This document shows, piece after piece, positions 12,601 to 26,100 of a DNA stretch of 64,000 nucleotides (position 1 is the first letter of the stretch; each line of letters starts with the position of its first letter). The DNA lies in contig CM035359.1 of NCBI GenBank assembly GCA_020137815.1, positions 3,100,001 through 3,164,000 on the forward strand, read 5' to 3'. This DNA is from Hormiphora californensis (taxonomy: Eukaryota > Animalia > Ctenophora). A program made the translations under genes and the position numbers. A model generated the notes under the pieces. That model worked only from the letters and a program-made list of their open reading frames with translations, did no database searches and had not been told where the DNA came from.

Positions 12601-15600
12601 TCTCTAATTTGGGTTCTTTTCCAGTTAAAAACCGTTCACGATTGTAGAACTTGTAGCTACAAACCTCATGAAAGCATAAATTTATGCCATAGCACCCACA
12701 AACTTGTACAATTTAGATTTATTACTAGAATTCCCTTACGGGCGATAGTATCATATATGATACGGCGACTAAAATGTTAATAACTCATTCAATTTTCAAT
12801 ATTTTTTGATGCGGTTTTTTGCATTCGGTAGGTTATGTCAAGCACTTTTATTCCTTCAAAGGATTAGTTGTGCCCCCAAAAAACAAAAAAATGAGAAATG
12901 TTTTTAAAAAAAGGCTGAAATTAGCCTCCTTAGAAGGGTTATAAATTTTTTTTCTTGATTTTCTGAGCTGATCTGGACGTGGTTTTAGGTTCATAATCCC
13001 TAAAACTAGCTTGTGACAAAATATGGGCCACCTAGATATAATATAAGGACTTCCAGGCCGCCTAGAATAGACTGTAGCATATATGCTCTGTCGCCGTCAA
13101 AGGGTTAACAATCCTAATACTGCAGTACTCATACCCGTGATAATGCGGACGAGGAAGCGGAAGAGTTGTACGAGCGGGTGGGACATCTCAGAGCTGAGAA
13201 CGAGGCCCTCCACGAGGAGCTTAATGAAATTGTAAGTAGGAATTGGTAGGGGAGAATATTGGGATCTGATATGAACAATGAACAATGCACAGATCTTCTC
13301 TTTCTCTCCAAATGAGTCACATCTGGAGTCCCATTCAATTTCCAAATGAGTGTTGTACAGCTTTCCCAACCGGATCCCACAGCTCAACTTCGTGATTATA
13401 ATCAGTGCATTCTGAGGACCATTGACCAGTACAGATCTATTCTTTACAGTAGATATTCTTTATGTACAAAGAGTACCTGAGAGAGCTACTTACTTGCTAC
13501 TTGGTACGGTCTCCTCAATCATTCGAGTGGCCGGCTCCAAGTATCCTCGCTCGTAATGACGTGAGCTGTCTCCACTCATTTCTGTTCTCTGCAGTGTTAG
13601 TAATTGCACGGAGAGACTGGGATTGACCCGTAGCGTCTCGATAATCATTCAGCACACAGGAGGACCAGGTTTTACGCGGTCTTCCTCTGGAACGTCTCCC
13701 ATGACTAGGCACCCAGTGGTAGAGTTTATTGGGCACCCTACCCTCAGGCATTCTAATCAGGTGTCCAAACCAGCGGAGTCTCCCATTGCCAATGAACTTC
13801 GAGATTGGTTCTATCCCCGCCCTCTCCAGTACCTCCCTGTTAGATACTCTCCTAAACCACTGTATTCTCAGGATTCTACGCAGGCACCGTTGGTGGAACG
13901 CCTCCACCCGGCGATCTTGGACCTGAGTAGTTGTCCAGGCCTCACAACCATAGAGAAGAACTGTCAGAACAGCAGCTCTGTATATCCTGATCTTGGTACA
14001 GGTCCTGATGTTACGGTTGTACCAAATCCTACAAAGCATACTGAATGCACTGTAAGCCTTCCCTATCCTGATACCAAGCTCCTTGTCGATGGTACCGTCA
14101 GAGGACAACGCCGATCCGAGATAGGTAAAACTGGAAACCTGCTCAACCGGATTACCCTCCACAGAGATGCTGACCGTATCCGCCTCTGAAAATGGGCGCT
14201 GGCTAAGACCCTTTGAAAAAGCCACAACTTTGGTCTTCTTCGCATTAATCTTCAGACCAGCGTACCCTGCGTATTTTACCAGCAAATCTGTTGACTCCTG
14301 GAGCCCTTCCTCAGTATCATCCATTACAGCCATGTCATCAGCATAGTCGAGATCCATGATCCATTCCCCACCCTCATCACTCTCAGCGCCGTGAAGAGTG
14401 AGACCCCTGGAGACAGTCTTGTTGGACTCAGCAAGCTGAGCCGCCCAGTTAATCACGATGTTGAAGACTGGTGGACCCTGAATGTCGCCCTGACCGGTAC
14501 CACTGAGGACACTGAACCAGCTGGAGAGCTCCCCGTCATGTTTCACTGCACTCATAGTACCGTCAAAGAATGCTCGAATTATCCGGACATATTTCTCTGG
14601 AAGACCATAATGGCGAAATGCGGCCCAGATAAAATCCCTGTTAATACAATCGAATGCTGATTTGAAGTCAATAAAGTTTATATACAACGGTAAATTATAT
14701 TCTATACACTGATGGATGATGGTACGGAGGGAATAAATCTGATCCACACAAGACCGGTTACGTCTGAATCCACACTGATTCTCTCGAAGTGCCAATTCAA
14801 GACCAGAAGACAACCTGTTCAGCATAATTATCTGGAACAGCTTGGAAGTGGTAGATCGCAGAGTGATGCCCCTATTATTTGAGCACACACTGGCGTCACC
14901 CTTCTTGGGAATCACCGAGATGACACCCTTTAACCACTCCTCCGGGACCTTCTCCTCCCTCCAGACTCCACCAAACAGATCCACAAGGGGGCCAACAAGA
15001 CCGGACGAGCCATACCGTAGCTGTTCGTTCGAGATCCCATCAACGCCAGGACTCTTATGGTTTTTGAGCCTGTTCAGTGCCACTAAAACTTCTCCACGAG
15101 AAGGCGGAGGATCATCCTCACCAAGATCCTCAAAGCACGGGTCCACCTCCAGACCATCCAGATCCGAGAGCTGTGATGTAGTTACAGGGGGGTTTAGCAG
15201 CTCAGAGAAGTGCTCCGCCCAGCGCTCCCGCTGTTGAACAGGATCAGCGATGAGTTCACCGTTCCTATCACGAACAGCAGTACCGCCGCGTTTCCTCACA
15301 CCTGACAGATCTTTCATATGCTGCCAAAGTTCCCTCTGCCGCCCGTGCACCGCAGCATCCTCCAGATCAGACGCCAAACTATCCGCCCACCTTTCATCGT
15401 CCACCCGTGCTGCTTTCTTGACCAGCTTATTAAGCCTAGAGTACTCAGATCCACCCTCAGGATCATTCTTCTTCAGCTCAGCACGTTGGGCGATGAGGTC
15501 TCGAGTCTCCAGAGACAAGTGCTGCTGACGAATCCGTTTCGGCCGCGCTCCCAGGACCTCCAGTGACACCTCACCGATTACCTCCTTAAGTTGCCGCCAC

Positions 15601-18600
15601 TGACCCTCCAGACTTTCCTCAGGCTCCAGAGATTCAAACCTGTTCCGGAGAGAGACATTGTATTCCGTGCGTGTCTCATCACACCCCCTTCCTGAGATTC
15701 TCTATAGCTGGAACCTCCCTGACCGGTTTCCTACAGTTCTTAGCTGCACTCAGCCGGATCCTAACCTTACCCCGAACCAGGTAGTGATCAGACCCGATGT
15801 CTGCACTCCTTAGGACCCTAACATCCAACAGAGAACTTCGCCACTTGTTGCCGACACACAGATGGTCTATCTGCGTCACAGTGGTACCGTCAGGAGATCT
15901 CCAGGTTCCCTTGTGGTGATCCCTATGAGGGAACATCTTCCCACCAATAGACAACTGATGAATCCCACACAAATCCTCCAACCGCTCACCGTTGTCATTA
16001 GAAACTTGGTGGAGAGAGTGCCCGCCACCAACCCTCGCGTTGAAATCCCCGCCCAAGAAGACCACGTCCTGCCGAGGAAGCCTATCCAAAACCGATGATA
16101 ACTGGTTGTAGAACTCCTCCTTGACCGCGTCATCCTTATCATTGGTTGGAGCATATGCAATAACAAGGGAGATATTAACATGTTTGGTGTGCAGTCGGGC
16201 TGCCATGATGCGCTCAGAGAAGGGACTGTAGGAAATTAAGGACTTCTTGACAGATTTAGATAACACCAACCCAACACCTTGCCGCCTCAAACCATCTGCC
16301 CTGCCAGAGTTAATAAAAAGATGCCCGTTATCCAGGGTCATAACCTCCGTACCAGGCCAGTGCGTTTCTGTGAGAAGCAAAACGTCAAGTTGGAAAGATG
16401 AAACTGCGTTTGATAATTCGTACAACTTAGAGGATGATGACTGTAGAGATAAAACATTCCAAGTTGCCAGATGAAAATGATTACGGACTGCATTAATTGG
16501 CTTAAAAGAACTAAAGGAACTAAAAGAACCCGGAGCGGCCACACCAGGGATGTGTTGGCCAGAAATAACTCTGCGATTGAATGACACCAGATCCGAGACT
16601 CCCATCAGGTCGGAGGGCCCCGAATCACCTGACCCAGCTTTACCCTCCTCCCGTCCTCTGGTCACCCTAACCTCGCTGTCCGGAATAAGGTGCTTGCCAG
16701 CTTTCACCGACGCCAAATTTGAGGAGGACACCGAGAGATTCGTAGCAAGATTTTAAAGCGTGACGAGTTGCTAGCACGACACGCCGCATTGCCCCTCAGT
16801 CTCTTAGCATGACCCAGGATGGACCACGGGGAGGTGGACTGATCGGACTTGTCATGTGAGCGGTGGACGTTGGCAGCAACGACACACATCACACAACCAT
16901 TCCCATCCCATCTCTGAGAGAGATAGAGAGGGATACATTACCATTTGTTTAACTCCCATCCTCTCCCTTAGTACGGCATGGATATATTCCAGGGCACCCC
17001 TCGCAGTGATATGAAGAGAAGAGCGGTAAGTTGTTTTCAATGTGACTCACATTGTGAGAGAGGATCGGGCATGGTAAGATTTGATTCTGTCTCAGGAAGA
17101 ATTACTGGAAACCGCTGGAAAAGTTATATCATTACGTATTCTTGGGTGTTCAGTGTTCACGTGGGGGGGGGGGGGGTTACGTACGGTATATTCTTGTCTT
17201 GTTCTGCCAGACCCTCCGAGATCGGAGCTGTGAAGTAAACGTCACGACTATCGTGCATGCCTGAACTTCACAACTCCTATTAAAACGTTCTAGTACGGGT
17301 GCAAGGGTGACAAATTAAGCGGGAACTGGGAAGTGGTACTGGTAAAAGAACTTTTAGTGGTAAGATCTGGTCAAAAATCGTTTAGTGGGGGATGATGGTG
17401 AATGCAATCTTGTTCATATTATATCCAAATTTGAACTAACTGAACTAATTTCACCACTGCAGTAGAGTGGGGGGTCACATGACCTATACCTGATTGGACG
17501 CCATTGCATTCCACTTAGCAAATCTACGCTGACTGCCATTGCAAAATAAAACCACCATTAATCGATCCTCTCTCACGTCACTGCACTCTGTACTGACTGA
17601 CTGACGAATATTGTAAAAGAGAGTAATATCGGGGGGGGGGGGGGGGGGGGGGGTCATGACCTACCTGGTTGGACGCCATTCCACTTAGCATGTCTATGCT
17701 GACCGATATCTAACAATTAACATCACCCTGCAGTCTGAGTCTGAGTTCAACAACAACGCCAGGAACCTTTTAACCCCGGGAGAACGGAACCCTACTCTCC
17801 TACCTCCCACTCCATTATGCCCGACCGACTACCACGGCCCACCACCCCACCCGCTTGAAGTGACGGAGGAGAGAAAGGCTTACAGGGAAAATAAGAAACC
17901 AAAGGCCCCGAGGCCCCATCCCCGCCTCAAAGACCATGGAGCGGAACCCCACGAGGCTAAGGACCGAGTCGCGCAAGCGCAGGAAAGAGAGAAGAAGAAG
18001 AGGAGAGGAACAGGGGAAGGAAAGTGGAGGTGCGAAGTTTTCAAAGGTGAAGAAAGAGATATTTTTTAATTTTAAGTATTCAAGATGGAAGATAGTAAGT
18101 GAGAAGATGCACACGGAGAATTGCGATTAGATTGATTTTAAAAAATGAAGGGGACAAGAAGATTAGATCTGTTGTTAACCGGGCCGGGAGGAGTCGACAC
18201 ATGAGAATTAGATTCTCAGACCTCACCAAAGGACCCTTAGGTCCAGAGATGAGGAACCCGGAGAATCATACACCACAGCAAGGAGAGCAGAGGATAGAGT
18301 ATATATGACAGATTCCGACGTCTGTCATATTATACTAAATAGGTTTCCAGTCTTTTCACACTCAGGTATACCTGTTAGCCGTCGACCCCCTTTTGCGACT
18401 GAATAAGTATGGCGCGCTAGTCATAAAGTGAGATAAGTACCAGTGAAGGCTCCAAACAAACGGGGAGACACTGAGCTAGTAGTTATTGTCGTACGAAGTT
18501 TTAATGGAAGAGAAATGAAAGGGGCCCAAGAGATCAAATTCCATTTTATACGGGATCAACAGCGTGGGGGGGGTATGAGTTTTGTAAAAAATTAAAAAAG

Positions 18601-20116
18601 ATGCGATTTTTCAATAATTAGTGTGAACGGATACACCAGGAACCAGTCTTCAAATTTTCAATCTCCGTTATGTATTAAGATTTCCCCTGTCAACTTTCCT
18701 TTTCACAAAAACCCAGTTGGCAAAAGATGGATTGTTTCAAATCCCGGGGAAATTGTGTTCACATTATTGAAATCTATCAATATCAAATATCCCCAATTGC
18801 ACACCAAGTTTACCCTGTTGGCGCCGCCCAACCCATCAACCAGAGAACAATGGGATAGGGGCGCCTCAGGTCTACCAATGCTAGTACAGCCATGGAAGAG
18901 TCCACAATCCGGAGAACAGCGGTAGTAAGACCATTTCATCCGATATTTTCACCTGGGACCGTCAACCCTTCCCAGCAACCATTCGTGAGTCCAATTGATG
19001 CGCTATAATCTACCGTTTGTAACAATACCATAAAGCAGAAAAAATTAAGCAGACAATGGAGAGGTATACTTTTTCACATAATTTAAAGTACGACTCCATG
19101 CACCGACGGTTTGCACAACTCCAGTTGATGAAAATACAAGGAATTGGATCCGATCTAAATTATTCTCGTTCTCACATATATTAAAGTTAATTCGTCCTTT
19201 TTCCAACTTCGTCCACAAACTCCTCTCCAAAAACTGTTCATTTTGTTTTAACTTCATTTCTATCGTTTTTTGTTTTTCTCCGCGTCAAAAATAGCCGGGG
19301 TACCAAATTTTGGTGTCTCTACATGTCTGTGACCGCGAATATTGACAAAATCAAAAACGACCAATAGTGAGAGAAAGGGATTGTTACAGTTGGGGCGACC
19401 ACAAACAACTAGCCCCAAAATTCAAAAACTTCTTTCTCCCTTTTCGTCGTCTCGTTATAATTGTCGATATCTCGCCGCTCACAGGTTTAAAAAGAGTAGA
19501 AGACACCAAAATATGGTTAACCCGGCTATTTTTTGATGAAATAGATGCAAGATCCATCAACCACAATGAACATTTTCGTAGACAATTTATGAAAGTGAAA
19601 TAAGAGAAATACGTAAACTAATGAACGAGGAAGAGATTATAAATTTTCGAACCCGTACACGATGCACGGCCTGGGACTCCCACGTTATTCCCCAAATTTT
19701 AGTGAGGAAAAAACGGGCGGCCACCATAACTTTAAGAATGCACGACAGTTTAGAATCGGGACTTGTCAACGTGTGAAATTAATGTTGCTCTCATAGGGAG
19801 CCGGTCCTGCCAGAGAGGGAGAGAGGAGAAAAGAAGGCAGTGCGAGAGAGAGAGACGGCCGGGTCAGGAGATCAGAGGAGAGAGGAGAGAGCGGAGGACG
19901 AGAGGGGGAGAGCAGAGGGGAGAGGAGAGAGAGAGAGAGAGAAAAGGAGGAGGAGGAGAAGGGGAGAGGGAAGCAGAAGAGAATTGCGAAGGACGAGAGA
20001 GAGAAGCGGTCTCTCTTCCCATTCTTTTCTATTCTCTCTTTTGTTCTTTCTCGTCTCTCTTGTCTATCTGTTCTTCTCTCTCTACCTCTCTCCCCTTTCT
20101 TCTTCTCTTCTCTCTT

Positions 20117-20166
<50 letters not shown>

Positions 20167-23100
20167 GTCCAGAAGCAGCAAAACTCGAAGAATGTTAGTT
20201 TTAGTGCGGAAGTCACCATGAGCGGGGACACCATCAGCACTCAGTTTCCTACGCCCCGAAAACAGGAGGCCTACAAGAAACTAGCCGGTAGGTGCATTTC
20301 GATTTTGTAAAGAAGTTACCCCTAACTTGCACGCTAAAACGTTCCCAATGTCTCGATTTTGTTAATTAATTAAGAAATAAGAAATTCGTGATAGCTGTCT
20401 GTTCGTTCCGAAAATAACTTTTTTTAATCACAGCATCGTTTCGAAATTCAGTACTGTCTCAAATGGCTGTCAAATCATTGCGAAACTATACCCGTCGCTG
20501 AAAGCTTTCCTGTCACTGCAGATTTCGAAACCTGTAGTGACAAGTTCATATTCAACGTATGGCTATAAAGTTACCCCCGCCATCTCTATCTCAGACAGTG
20601 CAGTTTCCTCCAATACCAACAACAACACAACTGTGAGCTCAACAGAGTCGTCAGTGTCACTGGAGATAGTTGAGGAAGATGAAGGGGAGGTGAAACAGGA
20701 AGGGATCCCAGCTAGAGGAGGAGGGGAGATGAAGGATAACAAGTTTGACAGCATTCAGAATCTTGTTTACAGTGAGGTAGAAATAATTAATTATTCAATT
20801 ATTCAAATTTCAATTATTCAATAATTTACTCAACAATGTTCCCCTCTCAACAACATTTACTAATTAATCAATTAGTTAATTAATCAATCAATTAGTTAAT
20901 TTACCTGTATAACTCCAATAATTACAGGTGGCGACGCTGATATCGGTGAATGAGAGTAGACCTCACTATCTGGTGGAGGTTGTGAGAGAGTTAATTGGCC
21001 TGGAGAACGACTACCTCCGACAGAGACACCTTATAATGTTGAAGGATTTGAAGAGCAGTTATTTGGTCGAGGGGGCGGCAGTTAAAACTAGGTAACTAGG
21101 GGTAACTAGGTAACTAGGGGGGGGGGGGGAACTATGTTACTCATGTTTATAAACATAGCTACTAAAAAACTAATGAGTAACTCACACCCATCTCTACCCC
21201 CTTTTTAAATACAACTCAAGTGCAGTACTTAGTAACTTACCTTCATTAATTAATTAACTCATTTTACCACTAATTACTATTCCTCAGGTCGGCTACTTCC
21301 GCCTGGGCCAGTAACATTGGAGTGTTTTCCGCGAGTGAGGCGACCCCATCCAACAATAGCCTAGTTAGCGCTGACAATGTGAGACTCTCTTGGGTATGAG
21401 ACAGAGTTATATTAGTATTAATTAATTAATTAATTAACCAATTAACATTGATTTTGGGCCAAAAGTTAACCTCAATTTTCTCCCTAACGGTGCGCGCAAA
21501 ATCGATTCCGAGTATGTCATCTGGTCCGGCTCTTTGAGCTGGACCAGATACCGAAAGTGACTTTTTATACCCCAGGACCCCCCCCCCCCTCTGGCCTTAA
21601 CCAACCAATTATCCAACTAACACTGTTTCTCATTATCTAATTCATTTATTGAGACAATGAGTTATAAAATCTCTTTGCAATGCCTTAAATTATGTGGTTA
21701 TACATGTGGTTATATCAATTTGTTGAATCCTTGTTATGTTCTAATATAACCTACTATAACCCCTTTACATTTGTAACAATGTGGTTACCTGGTGCACCCC
21801 GTCTACAACTCACCCCGTCTCTGCAGGACTACGACTCAAAACACCCTTTACATTTGTACCAACCAACTCACCCCGTCTCTCTCTCGCACTGCAGGATTAC
21901 GACTCAAAGCATCACGTTGACAATGAAGAATTCGACTACCTTGAAAATGTTGAAAATCTAAGCTCCGTTTCGACCAATAATTCCCATCCATTTGCATCGG
22001 AGTCCCTTGGTTCTACAGCTATAAACCTTAGCAGTGACCTGGCGGATGTGAGGCGACGAGAGGAGATGGAACGTAAGTAATTGATTTCCATTGGAATTTA
22101 TATGGGGGGGGGGGGGGGGGGTATTGGTATGATATTGGGGGTAAATCTAGGTCCAGTAAATCTAGGTCCAACTGCAACTATAGGCCCTAAAGCTAAGGTT
22201 GGCATGTGTTGATACTGTGAATTATATTCAGAATATTCAGAATATTCAGATCGCAGAACATTCAGAATATGAATCAATTAATCAAAATTACTTCCAGAGA
22301 GTAATATTTCTCTCCATTCGAGTCCGAGAAAAATCAATATGTTTAAATGGATAGAATATTATATTTTCTCGAAATGCACCCCTTTTTGATTTATTTTATT
22401 TTCACCAGGACAACCATAACATAAACAACCCAACCATAACATAAACAAGCCAACCATAACATAAACAACCCAACCATAACATAAACTACCCAACCATAAC
22501 ATAAACTACCCAACCATAACATAAACGACCCAACCAGAACAGAAACGACCCAACCAGAACAGAAACGACCCAACCAGAACAGAAACAACCCAACCAGAAC
22601 AGAAACAACCCAACCAGAACAGAAACGACCCAACCAGAACAGAAACAACCCAACCAGAACAGAAAAGACCCAACCAGAACAGAAACAACCCAACCAGAAC
22701 AGAAACGACCCAACCAGAACAGAAACGACCCAACCATAACATAAACTAACCCAACCATAACATAAACTACCCAACCATAACATAAACTACCCAACCATAA
22801 CATAAACTACCCAACCATAACATAAACAACCCAACCATAACATAAACTACCCAACCATAACATAAACTACCCAACCATAACATAAACTACCCAACCATAA
22901 CATAAACTACCCAACCATAACATAAACTACCCAACCATAACATAAACTACCCAACCATAACATAAACTACCCAACCATAACATAAACTCTCAGGACAACT
23001 GGAGAGCGTGGTAAAGGACGTCATTGCAAAGTATACAGTTGGACAGAGTGAGAGTAGTAGTGCGGCTGATGCCACAGAGGGAGACAGTGCAACAGGTACA

Positions 23101-26100
23101 TTACATATCATCTATGTATATCTCCTTTAGAAATGGCGGTGAGAAAAAGAAGAATAACAAATTATTTTTCTTTCTCTCGCCGTCAGGAGTCTTTTTTTTC
23201 TCGCAGTAAATCTTCTCGAATATTTTCATCAACACATACATGAAGGTCGTGACGGGGGGGGGGGGGTCGAGACAGGGGGGTCCGGGCGTCGAGACTTGAG
23301 GGACTGGAGAGCTAGAATGGTATTATGTACCGGGTAACTAACTAACGACATCAATTAAAGTCTCTCTCGGGACCCCCCCTGATTAATTTCTTGGTAAGAT
23401 GGTAATATGGTAATATGTGCACGTCAAAAAGTATTAGACATTTATAGATCACACACGCACGAGTTGGGGGTAAAAAATTCAAAAAAAAATTCCGAAAGTG
23501 ACTTTTTATACCCTCGGACACCCCTCTGGCCTTAAACGGGATGGGATAGATACACCGATAAATAAGAATTCGTGTTACATTGTATTTGTTACACGCAATA
23601 AGCGACAAAGTGCACCAAAACAAAAGTATAGTAGTGCTCCGTGAGTGGTTGTTGAATGTCAGAAACAAAGAAGAAGAAGAAGAAGGTGACATAATTGTGG
23701 TCAGAATGTACTCTTTTATCGATCTTGTGCCACGGTTGAAGGGTCTAAGAGCGCAAGGAATCCACTGAGTGCACATTATACCCCGTTATATCAGATACGG
23801 CTCTAAAAAGCTGTAATATATTTTTAGGGGCTTATAGGGCCTAAGCCTTAGGCCGTAGTAGAAGTCATCAAATATCGTGTGTTATTTTGCACTTTTACGA
23901 CCTATAAGATTGTGTTAACAATGGGGTACACTGATCCGTACTTCTTGTCTTGCCAAGATGCCAATGCTAATGTTTTTTACAGTTTCATTATACTAAAGCG
24001 TATGAACCCGGCGAAGTCAACACCAAAACAACACCAAGCGACTCAACACCTCCTTCTATCTAAAACAAAAGCTTTTTTTTCTAGCTTTGAATTTCCGTTT
24101 TTTTAGCAACAAAAAAAGCTTGAGTAAGTTCATCCATTCATGTCGGTCATGCCGCATTTCATTGTTTTATCAAATCCTTTTGTTTTGGCGTCGAGCAAGG
24201 CAAGTGTCTCACATGTACAAGCTAAAATAGTGTAAACAGCAACAAAAAATGAAGAGAGTTTATTTCTTGGTCCGTCCTCTTGCCATGCTTTTGAGTCTGT
24301 TCTTGATCACTCTAACTTGTGGAGATAGGAATCCAGATATCGAGAAGAAAACCACACGAGCTCCACTTGTACCATCATCTAAAGGTACTGATTTGAAAAT
24401 GTAGTTATCTCGTTCATCTCACTATGTAAAGATCACTATGTAGAAAGGAATCTTGTTGACAGTGCTCTATCCAGGGTTTGGAGCTGATGATCTATTAATT
24501 TAGAATTTAGTTGAAAACAAGAGTACTTCTTTTTTCAAAACTTGCACTTTGTAATGATCACTTTAAATAATATGCTTATTGCTTACTTAACGTTTTTCTC
24601 CAGATCCTGAATGTGACACGACTGTTATAACAGTTGAGGTTAACGGGTTCATCCACAAGAGATGCCAAGGTCATCCTGAAATCTATCAATGTCCGTTCTC
24701 GCCCGGCCACTTCTACACCGTGAAAGTTCTTTACACAGGTGGTTGGGAGGTCTCGACAGTTTCTCAAATCTGTCCACACGACCCGATGACTTATCAAGCA
24801 TGTGGCCTGACCTTCAATGGGCGAGTCCCCTTTGTATCGGCGCATGACCTGAATGATGGAGAAGTCCCGGAGGCGTTCTGCGGGTGCATTTGTACTGAGC
24901 GCACCACAAACTTCTTCCTCCATCCAATAGCAGGTTATTCAGTTCACCAGTGTAAAAGACAGATATCCTGTATGGCATTGACCTGTCTGAATTACAACAT
25001 CCCTGGAGGGAGTAGTGATATTCCCAGTTGTACCAACGAGAGAGTAAACAGCAGGGGACTTTGTAACGGTTACATCTGTGATTCCGAAACTTGTGAAGAT
25101 GAGAAGCGGTGTAACGGATATGCTTATGGTTTCCAAACGCGAACTTATGACTACATTCTCCCTCAATTGGTTGCTCACAACTTGTTCCAGGTTCCTGTTA
25201 CAGTTACAGGAGATCTGCCGGATAGCTGTCCTGATGCTCTCTATCCCGGGCAAACTGCTCTGCTTGGTCCCCGTGTACGGTGTGCACCGTTTGAAACGTC
25301 TGATGGGCAGTACAACCCGATATATCGGATTTGCACTAACGGTTGGGAGCACGTAAATTGCAGTGACCCAGACCGGGGAGTTTTGGAATGTAAAATTGAA
25401 GGTTGGTTGTCCACAGTGTATAATCGAGCTATCTGTCACCCAAATCATGAGATACCGAGTATTTGTGACGACGGTATAGAGCAGGAGTGTGTTGAGGTCT
25501 CCCAGACGTGCACCCTTCACAAACACCAGTTATGTGACACCAACTGGGATTGTAACCCGGGTGGTTACGATGAGTCGAGCCCGGATTGTTGGATATTCAC
25601 CCAGCACACAGTGTGTTAGGGCATACAACGGTAGTACGAGTCTCAAACTCCCCCTCGCATGGGTCCGGGATGGGGTCCGGGATTGCCGAGATGGAAGTGA
25701 TGAGGGGGATTGGGAAACGTGCGGGGAGGGAGATGTCCTCAGGTATAAACCTGTCCCAGGTTTAGAGTGTCAGGAGGTGTTCCTCTGCTCTGAAGGGGAA
25801 TCCACGAAAGGATTTGTGTACCTTCACGAGCTTTGCGATGGCATAGACGTGTGTGGAAATGAGAACAAGATCTGTAGGATCAGTCAGGGGCTGATTGATG
25901 TCCATCGACATGCGGTGCGTTATGGTAACCATGGTAACACTTTTTACCTCCAGCAGTGCCTCCCAGGACTAGAGACTCTCCAGGTGATGACAAACAAAAG
26001 GTGCGAAGTTGTGGAGTTTAACCATCCGTCAGTGGAGTTTTACGGACTCACCGAATACACACACGTCCACGTACCCATCACACCCTCCCCGCTCCACTTT

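Larger units (their letters stand above)
4719..13104. mobile_element. Non-autonomous piggyBac-type element with nested insertions
   Basis: TTAA at 4715-4718 and 13105-13108; 14-bp TIR CCCTTTGACGGCGA / TCGCCGTCAAAGGG; long internal inverted arms (~5533-6305 vs ~6535-7218 plus 12587-12760); no transposase ORF. Confidence 0.85.

Noticed and set aside
13361-13428. Possible extra PCM1 exon (LSQPDPTAQLRDYNQCILRTID)
   Set aside because: Acceptor is plausible but no donor in a phase compatible with the next exon was found; left out of the model.
18623-19260. Short ORFs suggesting a second nested gene
   Set aside because: Stops in all frames, no recognisable motifs or consistent splice pattern.
22391-22803. 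Hydrophobic repetitive ORFs (WLGRFCSGWVV...)
   Set aside because: Translations of a 20-bp minisatellite.
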